Shown in pieces: positions 48,862 through 59,456 of a stretch of DNA of 64,000 bases (its first letter is position 1; the number at the start of each line of letters is the position of its first letter). A model generated the notes under the pieces. It ran no database searches, had not been told where the DNA came from, and was given only the letters and a program-made list of their open reading frames with translations. The DNA is from an uncultured delta proteobacterium (GTDB lineage Bacteria > Desulfobacterota > Binatia > UBA9968), in NCBI GenBank assembly GCA_963771465.1, contig CAVYTU010000013.1, forward strand, positions 128,001 through 192,000. Direction: 5' to 3'. The translations under genes and the position numbers were made by a program.

Positions 48862-50679
48862 ATGAGCACTTCCCGAGCCGACCCAACGTCGAGCTACGGA
48901 TGGAGCGGCAAGTTGCCCTCCCTATCGGTCCTCCCCGCGTTGGTTCTCGTTGTCGCGTCTCTTTATTGGGCGCAGTTATTTCTCATTCCCATTGCGCTCG
49001 CGGTTTTGCTCACATTTTTATTGACTCCTGTAGTGACGGCGCTGGAAACCCTAGGCTTGCGTCGTGTTCCTTCTGTCCTACTCATTGTCATCATTCTCTT
49101 TTCACTGTTGGGAATTATCGGCTGGATTGTCGCGCTTCAACTTAACAGCGTCGCCAATCAGCTGCCCACGTACAGAAATAATATTCGGCAAAAGATCGCG
49201 GATGTGCGCGGCGCTGGCAAGGGTAGCGCCTGGGAGAAGATGAAAGAGACCGCGAAGGAAGTAAAAAAAGAACTCAGCAAAGATCCCAGTTCGGCGCCCC
49301 AGCCGCGTCCAGTGGTTGTTCAAGGTGAAGAGTCGACGACGTTCTGGCCCATTTCACCGTCCGCGGCTTCGATGTTCGATCGTCTGGCGGGAGCTGGGTT
49401 CGTGATCGTTTTGGTGGTTTTTATGCTCATCCGCCGGGAAAATTTGCGTAACCGGCTGATTCGGCTGCTAGGTTATGGACGCTTGACGATTACTACCAAA
49501 GCGATGGAAGAGGCCGGCCGCGGCATAACTCGCTATCTAGTTATGCAGTCGCTGCTCAATAGTGGGTTTGGCATGGCGGTGGCAGCTGCGCTTCTATTGA
49601 TTGGGCTCCCTTATGCGCTTCTCTGGGGTTTTTTGGCTGCTTTGTTGCGCTTCATTCCTTACGTCGGCTCAATGGTAGCGGCGACTCTGCCGACAGTCTT
49701 AAGTCTCGCGGTGTTCGATGGCTGGTTCTGGCCAATGCTCGTTTTTGGCGTGATTGTCGCTATGGAACTCGTGAACGGCATGATTTTGGAACCTTTACTT
49801 TATGGTGAAAGCGCGGGTGTCTCTGAAGTCGGCCTGCTCGTCGCGATTGCGTTTTGGACCTGGCTTTGGGGCCCGCTCGGACTTTTACTCGCGACTCCCC
49901 TTACAGTTTGTGTTGTTGTGATCAGCAAACACGTGCCGCAGATGGAATTTATCGATGTGCTCATGAGCGACGATCGCATCGTCGATATCGATACCGACAT
50001 TATCTATTATCAACGGTTGTTAGCGATGGATCGGGTCGAAGCGAGGGAAATCATCGAAGACCATTTCAAGTCGCATCCCGCCGAACAGGTTTTCGACGAA
50101 CTCATGGTTCCAGCCCTCAGTTATGCCAAAAGAGATTTTTCACGTGGCCGATTAACCGAAGCCGAAGAACAGTTGGTTTTCCAATCGACACGCGAGATTC
50201 TGGCGGAGGTTGAAAGTTTGCAGCCGAAGGATTCCTCAGATTCGTCCAGCCCGACGATCGACGCTCAGCGCCAGCCTTCGATTTCCGGGAAACTTTGCAT
50301 TATCGGTTGTCCAGCCAAGGACGAGGGTGACGAGTTGGCTCTGGCCATGTTTAGTCGGTTGCTCGATCCGAACCGTTATGAGATCGAAATACTCGCCGAT
50401 GAGTTGCTGATCTCCGAGATCATCGAACGGATTGCTGAAAAAAACCCTGCGATAGTCTGTATAGCGTCAGTACCCCCGGATGGATTGGATCATACTCGAT
50501 CCCTTTGCAAACGGCTGAGACAGCGATTCCCTGACCTGCAAATCTTCGTTGGTCGATGGGGTATCGACGGTCGGGACAATACCGATCAGTTAATGTTGGC
50601 TGGCGCTGACAAGATCGGCAAAACGATAATAGAATCGCAACAGCAAGTCATGCAGGTGAATCAACTGACTGCCAATTGA
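48862..50679 (+). CDS. AI-2E family transporter with a C-terminal B12-binding-like domain (paralog of 31827)
   Basis: Same architecture; RFIPYVG, EPLLYG and WGPLGLLLATPLT motifs. Confidence 0.9.
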   Translation: MSTSRADPTSSYGWSGKLPSLSVLPALVLVVASLYWAQLFLIPIALAVLLTFLLTPVVTALETLGLRRVPSVLLIVIILFSLLGIIGWIVALQLNSVANQLPTYRNNIRQKIADVRGAGKGSAWEKMKETAKEVKKELSKDPSSAPQPRPVVVQGEESTTFWPISPSAASMFDRLAGAGFVIVLVVFMLIRRENLRNRLIRLLGYGRLTITTKAMEEAGRGITRYLVMQSLLNSGFGMAVAAALLLIGLPYALLWGFLAALLRFIPYVGSMVAATLPTVLSLAVFDGWFWPMLVFGVIVAMELVNGMILEPLLYGESAGVSEVGLLVAIAFWTWLWGPLGLLLATPLTVCVVVISKHVPQMEFIDVLMSDDRIVDIDTDIIYYQRLLAMDRVEAREIIEDHFKSHPAEQVFDELMVPALSYAKRDFSRGRLTEAEEQLVFQSTREILAEVESLQPKDSSDSSSPTIDAQRQPSISGKLCIIGCPAKDEGDELALAMFSRLLDPNRYEIEILADELLISEIIERIAEKNPAIVCIASVPPDGLDHTRSLCKRLRQRFPDLQIFVGRWGIDGRDNTDQLMLAGADKIGKTIIESQQQVMQVNQLTAN

Positions 50680-50710
50680 GACGACAGCTCATTTTTGGGT
50701 AATTCGTCGG

Positions 50711-50759
50711 TATCTCATTCGTGAGACACTGACGGTTGCTTTGTCTCACCTCTGTAACA
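50711..50759. promoter_or_regulatory. Tandem 18-bp palindromic activator sites
   Basis: TATCTCATTCGTGAGACA (50711) and TGTCTCACCTCTGTAACA (50742), 31 bp apart. Confidence 0.78.
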
Positions 50760-50812
50760 TTCAGAATCGTGCTTCATCATCCCCCACGGTAAACCGGCGT
50801 GAATGCGTGCTT

Positions 50813-50828
50813 TGGTACGATGGTTGCG
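50813..50828 (+). promoter_or_regulatory. sigma54 promoter
   Basis: TGGTACGATGGTTGCG. Confidence 0.82.
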
Positions 50829-50926
50829 TAATTTTTAACCAAGGCCGCAAATAAAACCAAAGGGCAAATTAATTGAGATTTCTTGGTCACTAGGGTGGCT
50901 AATAAAAATTTGCGAGGAGGTACAGC

Positions 50927-51262
50927 ATGCAGAAAAAAGAATCTATTAAATCGGCAGACGAAACTCGGGTCACGGGTTTGTTCGACGACTCCGAGCAAGC
51001 CAAAGAGGCGGTCGAAGAATTAAAAGACGCTGGCTTTGGCGGAGATCGGATTGCTATCGCCATGCAGGATAGCGCGGCCCAGGACAGCTTTGTCGCCGAA
51101 ACCAAGGTGCATACAGCGGCCGCGGAGGAAATTCCCAGCATTCCGGAACTAGACGCCGGGCAGGTGCTTCTTTTGGTCGAAGCTGCGGATCAGGCCGCGC
51201 TAGCGTTAGAAATTATCAATCGCAATCAAGGCATCACCGGTGGCGTGCGCATGCCGACGTAG
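50927..51262 (+). CDS. YflT-like general stress domain protein
   Basis: VTGLFDD.EQA..AVEELKDAGF...I; GAGGAGG RBS. Confidence 0.75.
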   Translation: MQKKESIKSADETRVTGLFDDSEQAKEAVEELKDAGFGGDRIAIAMQDSAAQDSFVAETKVHTAAAEEIPSIPELDAGQVLLLVEAADQAALALEIINRNQGITGGVRMPT

Positions 51263-51444
51263 AATGCGGATGGTATAGTCGGGACTTTTCCTAGCGCCAC
51301 CGATAAAACGGCGCGCGTGCTGCGCTTTTGCACACAGGTTAAGACTTAAACGGTCAGCAGCTTCCCGCGCGAGCAAACCAAAGTAGGACTATTTTTCCGA
51401 GCGGCTACGATCGATTCACCGGCTGCTCCTGGCGGAGAATGGGT

Positions 51445-52398
51445 TCATGACGTTGGTCGCACGAGGCGGTTGTTGCCTCGCACACGCTTGCCCCGTTGTA
51501 TTTCAGGCGCTGCCGGCTGTGCCTTGTGCGACGGCGTAAACCCCGAGCCTAATCTGGTGGCATAGACCTGGGTCATCTCGGCACCAAAGAAAAAAATTAG
51601 CGATGAGTAATAAATCCATAAAAGCAAGGTGACAAGCGATCCCGCGGCGCCGTATACAGACGTCACCGAGCTTTGCCCGAGATAAAGACCGATAAAGAAC
51701 TTTCCGACGTTAAACAAGAGAGCGGTGAGTATCCCGCCGACCGCTACGTCCTTCCAAACGATGCGCCCGTCCGGCATGAATCTATAAATAGCGGCGAATA
51801 TAAATGCGATCAGGCCAAATGAGACGAAAAAATGTATAGCCTGGAGCAGGACGCCGGTGTCTGGCATCGTGCTTCGGAGAAACTGATCGAATGCAGAAAG
51901 AGCCGCGCTGACGGCTAGAGACACCAGCAACAGAAAGCCAACACCGAGCACCATTGCGTAAGAGATGAAGCGTTCTTTGACGAAACCGACCACGCCTTGC
52001 TCGGGTTTTGGTTCGATTCCCCAGATCATGTTTAGTGAGCTTTGTAGCTGGCCGACCACACCGCCGGCGCCAAATAACAGCAGCGCTACGCCAACTAGCA
52101 TCGTCGCGATACTATCCCCAGTTTGCTGCTTGCCGGCGTTTTCGATCATTGTTTGGATGACCAAGCCGGTGTCCTTACCGACAAAACCCGACAGCGTCTG
52201 AACTAACTGATCTTGCGCTGCCTCGCGGCCGAAAAATAAACCCGCCAGAGACACAGCAATTACTAGCAGGGGAGCAAGTGAGAAGAGCGTGTAATAAGCC
52301 AAAGCGGCAGCCAATTCGAACGGCCGGTCTTCATTCCACCACTGGTTAAACGCTTCCTTTAGTACGGTCCAAAACGATCGCATTTGATTTAATTCCAT
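51445..52398 (-). CDS. YihY/BrkB family membrane protein
   Basis: AAALAYYTLFSLAP and YGAAGSLV.LLLWIYY motifs; start 52398 or 52383. Confidence 0.92.
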   Translation of the reverse strand: MELNQMRSFWTVLKEAFNQWWNEDRPFELAAALAYYTLFSLAPLLVIAVSLAGLFFGREAAQDQLVQTLSGFVGKDTGLVIQTMIENAGKQQTGDSIATMLVGVALLLFGAGGVVGQLQSSLNMIWGIEPKPEQGVVGFVKERFISYAMVLGVGFLLLVSLAVSAALSAFDQFLRSTMPDTGVLLQAIHFFVSFGLIAFIFAAIYRFMPDGRIVWKDVAVGGILTALLFNVGKFFIGLYLGQSSVTSVYGAAGSLVTLLLWIYYSSLIFFFGAEMTQVYATRLGSGFTPSHKAQPAAPEIQRGKRVRGNNRLVRPTS

Positions 52399-52411
52399 TG
52401 CCCAATGCTTT

Positions 52412-52427
52412 CGCAAGCGGAATGCCA
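52412..52427 (-). promoter_or_regulatory. sigma54 promoter
   Basis: TGGCATTCCGCTTGCG. Confidence 0.85.
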
Positions 52428-52604
52428 CCCAACACGGCGCATGGCGGGCAGTGCGTGCGATACGGAAGGACCAAATTAAACCTGCTGAGTCTCACGATTC
52501 ACACACTAGAGGGAACGAAAGTATCAGAAGTAGGATTTGATTCGAGAGTCGAGCGGAAAAAGATTTTTGCCTGGCGTACCAGGAGTCTCAGGATTCGGCA
52601 ACTT

Positions 52605-52620
52605 TGGTGTGGCTCTTGCA
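52605..52620 (+). promoter_or_regulatory. sigma54 promoter
   Basis: TGGTGTGGCTCTTGCA. Confidence 0.7.
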
Positions 52621-52665
52621 CTATTGAAACCGTGAAGAAGTCTAATCCATAAGGAGCAATTTTTT

Positions 52666-52983
52666 ATGCCGAACGCGACACAATTACTACGTCAGGATCA
52701 TAAGAAGGTGAAGGCTTTGTTCGCCAAATTCGAGCAGGGCAAGGCTGCCGATGCAAAAAGGCGCTTTGCTATGCAGTCAATGAATGAGCTGGAAGTTCAC
52801 GCCCGGGTAGAAGAAGAGATTTTCTATCCCGCCGATCACTAAGTACGGCGAGATCCTGAGGAACGAAACGCAAAGTCTGGAACCCGATCGAAGACCAAAA
52901 GCAACGCTAAATCGACTCCTCAGAGGAAATCACGGTCGAGGACCGCGCGCAGCTCTGGCCGCAAACGAGCACGGGCAAGCTAA
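52666..52983 (+). pseudogene. Hemerythrin-domain gene with an internal deletion
   Basis: TAAGGAG RBS; MPNATQLLRQDHKKVKALF...ELEVHARVEEEIFYPA stops at 52842; an orphan basic tail ends at TAA 52983. Confidence 0.78.
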
Positions 52984-53119
52984 CCGATAAGCGCGCTGCC
53001 GAGCAACCGCACTCGCACGCTGATCTATATTCGGGACGTTCTCAAAGCTAATTACTTAAAACTGGAACGGATGATGATAGCCGTCACATTGGTTGCAGGG
53101 GAAACCGTCTGTGCCTGCG

Positions 53120-53135
53120 CGGCATGTTAGTTGCT
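53120..53135 (+). promoter_or_regulatory. sigma54 promoter
   Basis: CGGCATGTTAGTTGCT. Confidence 0.82.
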
Positions 53136-53155
53136 CTCTAAAGCTAGCGAAGAAG

Positions 53156-53758
53156 ATGATTAACGACAATACACAGCGCCAGGACGAATTAACCGTGGAG
53201 GGGCTGAATGGATCGGCGAGTGTTGCAAATAAGCAAAGCGATCACGTCACTAAGACGATCGAAGATATTCTGAAACTAGAATCTCTCGAGCGGACGCACA
53301 CTGAGCGCATAGCCGATGGCATCACAGGTTTCTTTGGGAGCATCGGTTTTATTTGGCTGCACGTCCTCTGGTTCTCGCTGTGGATTATTTTCAATCTTCC
53401 GGGATGGGGCTTCGAACCGCTCGATCCGTTTCCGTTTACGTTTTTGACGATGATTGTTTCGTTGGAAGCAATTTTCCTGTCGGCATTTATCTTGATGTCA
53501 GAAAATAGGCAGGGACGTCTGGCCGACCGCAGAGCACGAGTTAATTTACAAGTGGACATGATCGCCGAGCGCGAGGTTACTAAATTGATGGAATTGGTCA
53601 TGGACATACACTCGCAACTGGGAATCAAGAAACCGGTGGATGACGAGCTGGAGAGTATGCAGAAACCGACCAATATCGAGCATCTAACCGAGGCCGCTCA
53701 AACAGCTGAGGACGAAAACTGCGCCACGTCCTCGGCAAAGGTCACCTTGGATCGTTAA
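53156..53758 (+). CDS. DUF1003 membrane protein
   Basis: DPFPFTFLTMIVSLEAIFLS.FILMSENRQ. Confidence 0.9.
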   Translation: MINDNTQRQDELTVEGLNGSASVANKQSDHVTKTIEDILKLESLERTHTERIADGITGFFGSIGFIWLHVLWFSLWIIFNLPGWGFEPLDPFPFTFLTMIVSLEAIFLSAFILMSENRQGRLADRRARVNLQVDMIAEREVTKLMELVMDIHSQLGIKKPVDDELESMQKPTNIEHLTEAAQTAEDENCATSSAKVTLDR

Positions 53759-53802
53759 TTCTAAAAATTCCTTTATGTCTAATAATAATTGGGAGGTGTT
53801 TT

Positions 53803-54615
53803 ATGCAGCTTAAAGAATTTATTAATTCTCGCGTCGAAACAGTCCAACCCGGTGACACATTACAACAAGCCGCGGAAAAAATGAAAGAATTGGATGTCGG
53901 ATCGCTGCCGGTGTGCGCCGGCGGGCAGCTGGTCGGCATGATCACAGACCGTGACATCACGATTCGCGCAGTTGCCAGAGGAAGCGAGCCGGCAACGGCG
54001 ACGGTGAGTGAAGTGATGACGCCCGACGCCCTGTGGTGTTTTGAGGATGAGACAGTCGAAGAAGCCGCCCGAACTATGCAAGAGCATCAAGTGCGGCGAA
54101 TTCTTGTGCTTAACGAAGCCAAGGAGCTCGTCGGTATCACCTCGTTGGGAGAACTGGTTACGGTCACGGGCGATCGCCGGTTGGCCGGTGAGACGCTCGA
54201 AGCCATTTCTGAAGCCAGACAAGCGGAAGACAAACTTGATGACGATGAGCTTGACGTCGAGGAGCCTGGCGATGACTCAAATAGCGAAGAAGGCGGCGCC
54301 GGGTCAAATGAAACGCGAGTGACAGGGCTTCTCCACGACCGCGAAGCCGCCAAAAGAGCGGTCGAGGAATTAAAGGATGCAGGCTTCACAGACAGCTCAA
54401 TTCTGGTTGCCATGCAGGATGAAACCGAGCAGGAGAGTTTTGCCGAGGAGACTCATGCGCAAGCCATCGGGGCCGGGGAAATTCCCAGCTTGCCTGATTT
54501 GAGCCCGGGCCAAGTCCTAGTCATGGTCGAAGCCGAAAGCCGCGCAGCGGATGCTTTGAATATACTCAATCGGAATCATGCGGTCACTGGCGGCGTGCGC
54601 ACTCCTGCTGCTTGA
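53803..54615 (+). CDS. CBS-pair protein fused to a YflT-like domain
   Basis: VGSLPV...GMITDRDI...QVRRI; acidic linker; C-terminal domain homologous to the 50927 ORF. Confidence 0.88.
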   Translation: MQLKEFINSRVETVQPGDTLQQAAEKMKELDVGSLPVCAGGQLVGMITDRDITIRAVARGSEPATATVSEVMTPDALWCFEDETVEEAARTMQEHQVRRILVLNEAKELVGITSLGELVTVTGDRRLAGETLEAISEARQAEDKLDDDELDVEEPGDDSNSEEGGAGSNETRVTGLLHDREAAKRAVEELKDAGFTDSSILVAMQDETEQESFAEETHAQAIGAGEIPSLPDLSPGQVLVMVEAESRAADALNILNRNHAVTGGVRTPAA

Positions 54616-54631
54616 TTTGAATCGGGAGCCT

Positions 54632-55000
54632 ATGCAGCCGAACTCCGGCACTCTTAAAAGCATCCTTTCGGCTCAGGGAGCCTATTATTTAGTTACGGGG
54701 GTATGGCCGCTGGTGGCCATGCGCAGTTTTGAGCGTGTCACCGGGCCGAAGACCGATAAATGGCTGGTCAAAACCGTCGGTGTTTTGGTCGCAGCCATCG
54801 GCGGCTCATTGATGGTTGCGGGCCGCCGAAATCCGGTCAGTCGGGAAGCGCGGCTGCTCGCTGCGGCAAGCGCCGGCGGGCTTGCGCTGATCGATATCAC
54901 CTACGTCGCTAAGCGTCGCATCGCGCCGATCTACTTGCTCGATGCATTGGCAGAAGTAGCGTTGCTGGCGATGGGGAAATACGTGCACGCGAGAGACTGA
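54632..55000 (+). CDS. Conserved small membrane protein
   Basis: QGAYYLVTGVWP...FERVTGPKTDKWLVKTVG...IYLLDA. Confidence 0.8.
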   Translation: MQPNSGTLKSILSAQGAYYLVTGVWPLVAMRSFERVTGPKTDKWLVKTVGVLVAAIGGSLMVAGRRNPVSREARLLAAASAGGLALIDITYVAKRRIAPIYLLDALAEVALLAMGKYVHARD

Positions 55001-55102
55001 GGCTCAGCGCTCTACACCTGTCAACCGGGAGGTTGCGCTGAACGATTACCGAAAAAGGGAATTTAGTTCGAGAACAAATTTTTATTTTAAAGGAGACGAC
55101 AA

Positions 55103-55696
55103 ATGGAAAACGAAGAGCTGAAGCAGCTTCTCTACGAGGCTTTGGAGACCGAGCTTGGCGGTGTGAAGGTTTATGAAATGGCGATTCAATGCGCCGTGAA
55201 CGAGGATTTAAAGAAGGAGTGGGAAGAGTATCTAGATCAAACTACGAATCACGTCCAGGTCGTACGCAACATATTTGAAAAACTCGGGCTTGACTCTGAA
55301 GCCGAAACGCCGGGCCGCCAAGTGGTGCGTCATATCGGACAGTCGCTTGTGAAAGCTATGGAAATGGCTCAGCAAGCGGGGAGGCCCCAGGCCGCTGAAA
55401 TCGTTGCGGCCGAGTGTGTCGGAGAAGCAGAGACTAAGGATCATTTGAACTGGGAATTGATTGGCCTAGCCGCCAAAAAGGTAAAAGGAGAAGAAGGTAA
55501 AGCGTTAAAAGAGGCGCACGAAGAAGTTGAGGACGAGGAAGACGAGCACCTTTATCATACTAAAGGATGGAGTCGGGAGTTGTGGATGCAATCGATGGGT
55601 TTTCCTGCGGTGATACCACCGCCAGAGGAAAAAAAGGACGTCAAAACTGCGATAGGAGCTGCACGCGCTAAACAAAGCCGTTCCGAAATGCTGTAA
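55103..55696 (+). CDS. Ferritin-like protein (DUF892/YciF-like)
   Basis: ALETELGG, ETKDH and EDEEDEHLYH motifs; AAGGAG RBS. Confidence 0.85.
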   Translation: MENEELKQLLYEALETELGGVKVYEMAIQCAVNEDLKKEWEEYLDQTTNHVQVVRNIFEKLGLDSEAETPGRQVVRHIGQSLVKAMEMAQQAGRPQAAEIVAAECVGEAETKDHLNWELIGLAAKKVKGEEGKALKEAHEEVEDEEDEHLYHTKGWSRELWMQSMGFPAVIPPPEEKKDVKTAIGAARAKQSRSEML

Positions 55697-56033
55697 CGTG
55701 GATTAATTACTTTCTACAACAAGTGAGACCGGTTGATCACAGCTAGAGAGCGGTTTTGGGCCGCCCCCTTCCTGGAGGGCGGCTGCTTGCGTGCGCGCGC
55801 CGCTTGCTGGCGCTGATCAATATAATTACTCAATAATCGCGCCGGTCAATTTATTATGAACGAGTGGTATCGGCGATACCCTTCAGAAAAATGAAGCGCG
55901 ACGAAAGGGTGCGGGCGCAATAAAAGCGGCAGGGGCGCATCTACGGGCGACAATAAGCTCCATGAACTTTAAGCCGCATCAGAGCCCGCCGTTAAGGCAA
56001 GTAACAGTAAATGCTGATTAGGAAGGACTACTA

Positions 56034-58521
56034 ATGGCGACCAGAAAAAAAACCCGTTCCAACCGTTCCAAAGACAGTTTGAAAACCCGCTCCGGCCAGA
56101 ATGAAAAGGCGAGGGATAAAAGAACCAGCCCAAAAGACGCTAGCGACGCGACAGCATCCAAGGCGAGTACACGTTCGACGGTGAGCGGTCCCATGAATCC
56201 GAGCGGATCTTCGGCCGCGAGCGATGCCCTGGCCGCTAAGTTCGACGCGACTCAGAAGCTTGCGGCGGATATGCCGTACAACGTAAACAAGGCGCTCGAA
56301 CACGGCGAACTTTCGTTGCAGCCTCAAGAGGGCCAGAGAGTCGAGCCCGCCGATCCTTCAGCGACCGGCAGTACGTTGAGCGAAACCAATTCGTCCGATA
56401 AGACCGGCGCTGGCAAGCCACAGCTGGGAACCAATCCAAGCAGTCTTCCACTCGACCGGGTACGTGTCGATTCCAGTGGTCAAGCGCTGACCACCAATCA
56501 GGGTGTTCCAGTCGCCGACAATCAGAATTCGCTCAAAGCCGGATATCGCGGGCCGGCACTACTCCAAGATTTTATTCTGCGCGAGAAGATCACCCATTTT
56601 GACCACGAGCGCATACCGGAGCGCATAGTTCACGCCCGCGGTTCGGCCGCACACGGGTATTTCGAATGCTACGAGTCGCTGCAAAAATATACCGCCGCGT
56701 CGCTATTTGCCGAAGCCGGCAAACGCACCCCTGTTTTCGTGCGCTTCTCGACCGTCATTGGCGAACGAGGCTCCGCTGATACCGTGCGCGACGTGCGCGG
56801 TTTCGCGGTGAAGTTCTACACCGATCAAGGCAATTTCGATTTGGTCGGCAACAACATTCCGGTTTTCTTTATTCAGGACGCGATGAAATTTCCGGACCTG
56901 GTGCACGCCGCCAAGCCTGAGCCTCATTTTGCGGTGCCCCAAGCCTCGACGGCGCACGATACTTTCTGGGATTTTATTTCTTTAATGCCGGAATCGACGC
57001 ATATGATGATGTGGGCGATGTCGGATCGCGCGATTCCGCGCAGCTATCGCATGATGCAGGGCTTCGGCGTGCACACCTTTCGATTGGTGAATGCAGATGG
57101 CGAGTCCCAATTCGTAAAATTCCACTGGCGTCCGATCGCCGGCACTCATTCGCTCGATTGGGATGAGGCGGTCAAGATTTCAGGTGCGGATGCTGACTTC
57201 CACCGCCGCGACTTGTGGGAAGCGATCGAAGCCGGCGCTTACCCCGAGTACGAGTTCGGCATGCAGATCTTCACTGAAGAGCAGGCGGAAAAGTTCACCT
57301 TCGATGTATTGGACGCCACCAAAATAGTGCCCGAGGAATTGGTTCCAGTAATGCCTGTTGGAAAAATGGTTTTGAACCGTAACCCGGACAATTTTTTTGC
57401 GGAAACCGAGCAGGTCGCATTCTGTGCCGCGCACATCGTGCCCGGATTGGACTTTTCCAACGATCCACTACTGGCCGGGCGCATTCATTCTTATATCGAT
57501 ACACAAATATCGCGGCTCGGCGGCCCCAACTTTCATGAAATTCCGATTAATGCGCCGATCGCGCCGGCGCACAACAATCAACGCGACGGCATGCATCGCC
57601 AGGCGCTTAATCGTGGCCGGGCCGCCTACGAACCGAATTCGCTTGCAGGCGGCTGCCCTTTCCAGGCCGGAGCGGCTGGTTTCAGCTCGTTTCCAGAGCC
57701 CCTACATGGAGATCAGGTACGCGCTAAGCCCGAGCGCTTTGCGGATCATTACACCCAGGCAACGCTGTTCTGGAACAGTCAGACGGCGGTCGAGAAGGCG
57801 CACATCATCCGGGCGTTTCGCTTTGAGCTTACGCGGGTGCAGATTCCGGCGGTGCGCACGCGCGTCGTGGCCATGCTGGCAAACGTCGCCAATGATCTTG
57901 CCGCAAGTGTTGCTCAAGGACTTGGCATGGCAGTGCCGGCTGCTCAGCCTAAGGCGATGGAAAAGCCGCCTAAGCCGGAGGTTGCCGCTTCGCCTGCGCT
58001 ATCGCTGTTCGCTCGGCCCGGTGACGGCAATATACGCACGCGCAGGATTGCCATCTTAGTCGCAGATGGGGTGATCGGCGCAGACTTGAACTCGCTACAC
58101 GAAGGCCTCACCGCCCAGGGGGCTGTGCCGCGTTTCGTTGGCGCTCGTCTAGGCAGCGTTGAAAGCGCAGACGGGGACCGGATCGAAGTCGATGCGACCT
58201 TGGAAGCGGTGCCCTCCGTACTTTATGACGCAGTGGTAATTCCCAGCGGTCGAGAAGCCATAGAGGCGCTGGGAAAATTGGGACATGCGGCCGAATTCAT
58301 TAAAGATCAATATCGCCACTGCAAACCCCTTCTGGTGCTCGGTGCCGGCCGAGAGCTGGTTGAAAATACCGGCGTTCCATTGACCCTCCCGTCCGGCGAA
58401 CCTGATCCTGGGGTACTGATATTTACCGATGAGCAAGCTGACGAGGCACTCGCACAATTTGTCGAAGGCGATTGGCAAGCACCGCCATTTTGCCCGTGAA
58501 ATGGATCCTCCGCCCGTTTGA
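56034..58521 (+). CDS. katE: Large-subunit catalase HPII (1-nt frameshift near 58467)
   Basis: [24 protein letters not shown] and a C-terminal GATase-like domain; the HPII-like ending [17 protein letters not shown] lies in the +1 frame. Confidence 0.93.
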
Positions 58522-58567
58522 TCGTCTAGTGGGAACGAACGGGTCAATGATCGGACAAGGACTTTCC

Positions 58568-59279
58568 ATGCAGCGCCAAGTATCAGTTGCGCGAACTGGC
58601 GAACGAAAAAAAGTAAGCAAGGCCCGCGTTTTTTTATGAGAACGGCCTTTCCATCGTGCTGTTCGGTTGCTTTCTGGCTTTTTTAATCGGCCAGGGAATC
58701 GCGGGTCATCACCAGTATAATGAGGACTTGAAAGAGCACGGGCAGCCCGGCATCACTTTGTCGCAATATCTTGGCAGCGATCATTTTCTTGAAGCTACTG
58801 CGGAAAATTGGGAAAGCGAGTTTCTGCAGATGTTCGCCTATGTGATGTTCACGATCTTTCTTTATCAAAAAGGTTCATCTGAATCGAAAACGCCTGGTGA
58901 GCCGGACGCGGTTGACAGAGAACCGATAAAGTCGGCAAAGGATGCTCCCTGGCCGGTGCGCAAAGGTGGGGTTATTTTGAAGCTCTACGAGAATTCTCTG
59001 GCGCTAGTTTTTCTATTACTTTTTCTCGGATCGTTCATGGTACACGCCGTTGCGGGCGCGAGGCTTCAGAGTAAGGACCAAGAGCTGCACGGCAAACCAG
59101 CTATGTCAGTTTCTGAATATTTAGGCACTTCGCGTTTCTGGTTCGAGGCTTTGCAAAACTGGCAAAGCGAATTTTTAGCTATTGGTTCGATGGTGTTCTT
59201 ATCGATTTTTCTGCGTCAAAAAGGCTCGCCTGAATCCAAGCCGGTCGATAGCCCGCATGGTCAAACAGGAAAAGACTAG
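58568..59279 (+). CDS. DUF6766-like membrane protein (apparent frameshift in the T7 run at 58629-58635)
   Basis: ENWESEF / QNWQSEF and QKGS.ESK duplicated motifs; the 5' start lies in another frame. Confidence 0.75.
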
Positions 59280-59406
59280 CGGTCATCGAATCAAGTTACG
59301 CTGCGATGGAGTAAGCGATAGTCGTCTGGTACGGGCACGCTTCGTGGAACCATAGCGTTGCCGCCAATGCCTTCAGATAATATGGGTGGGCTCACTGTAG
59401 GGCGGG

Positions 59407-59434
59407 CAGGGAGGGATTATTAAATCCCTCCCTG
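59407..59434. terminator. Hairpin between convergent genes
   Basis: CAGGGAGGGAT-tattaa-ATCCCTCCCTG. Confidence 0.65.
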
Positions 59435-59456
59435 TGTTGGTGTAGTCCGATAGTCG

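Noticed and set aside
58497-58499. TGA after FCP in katE as possible Sec
   Set aside because: Better explained by a frameshift; the HPII-like C-terminus lies in the +1 frame.
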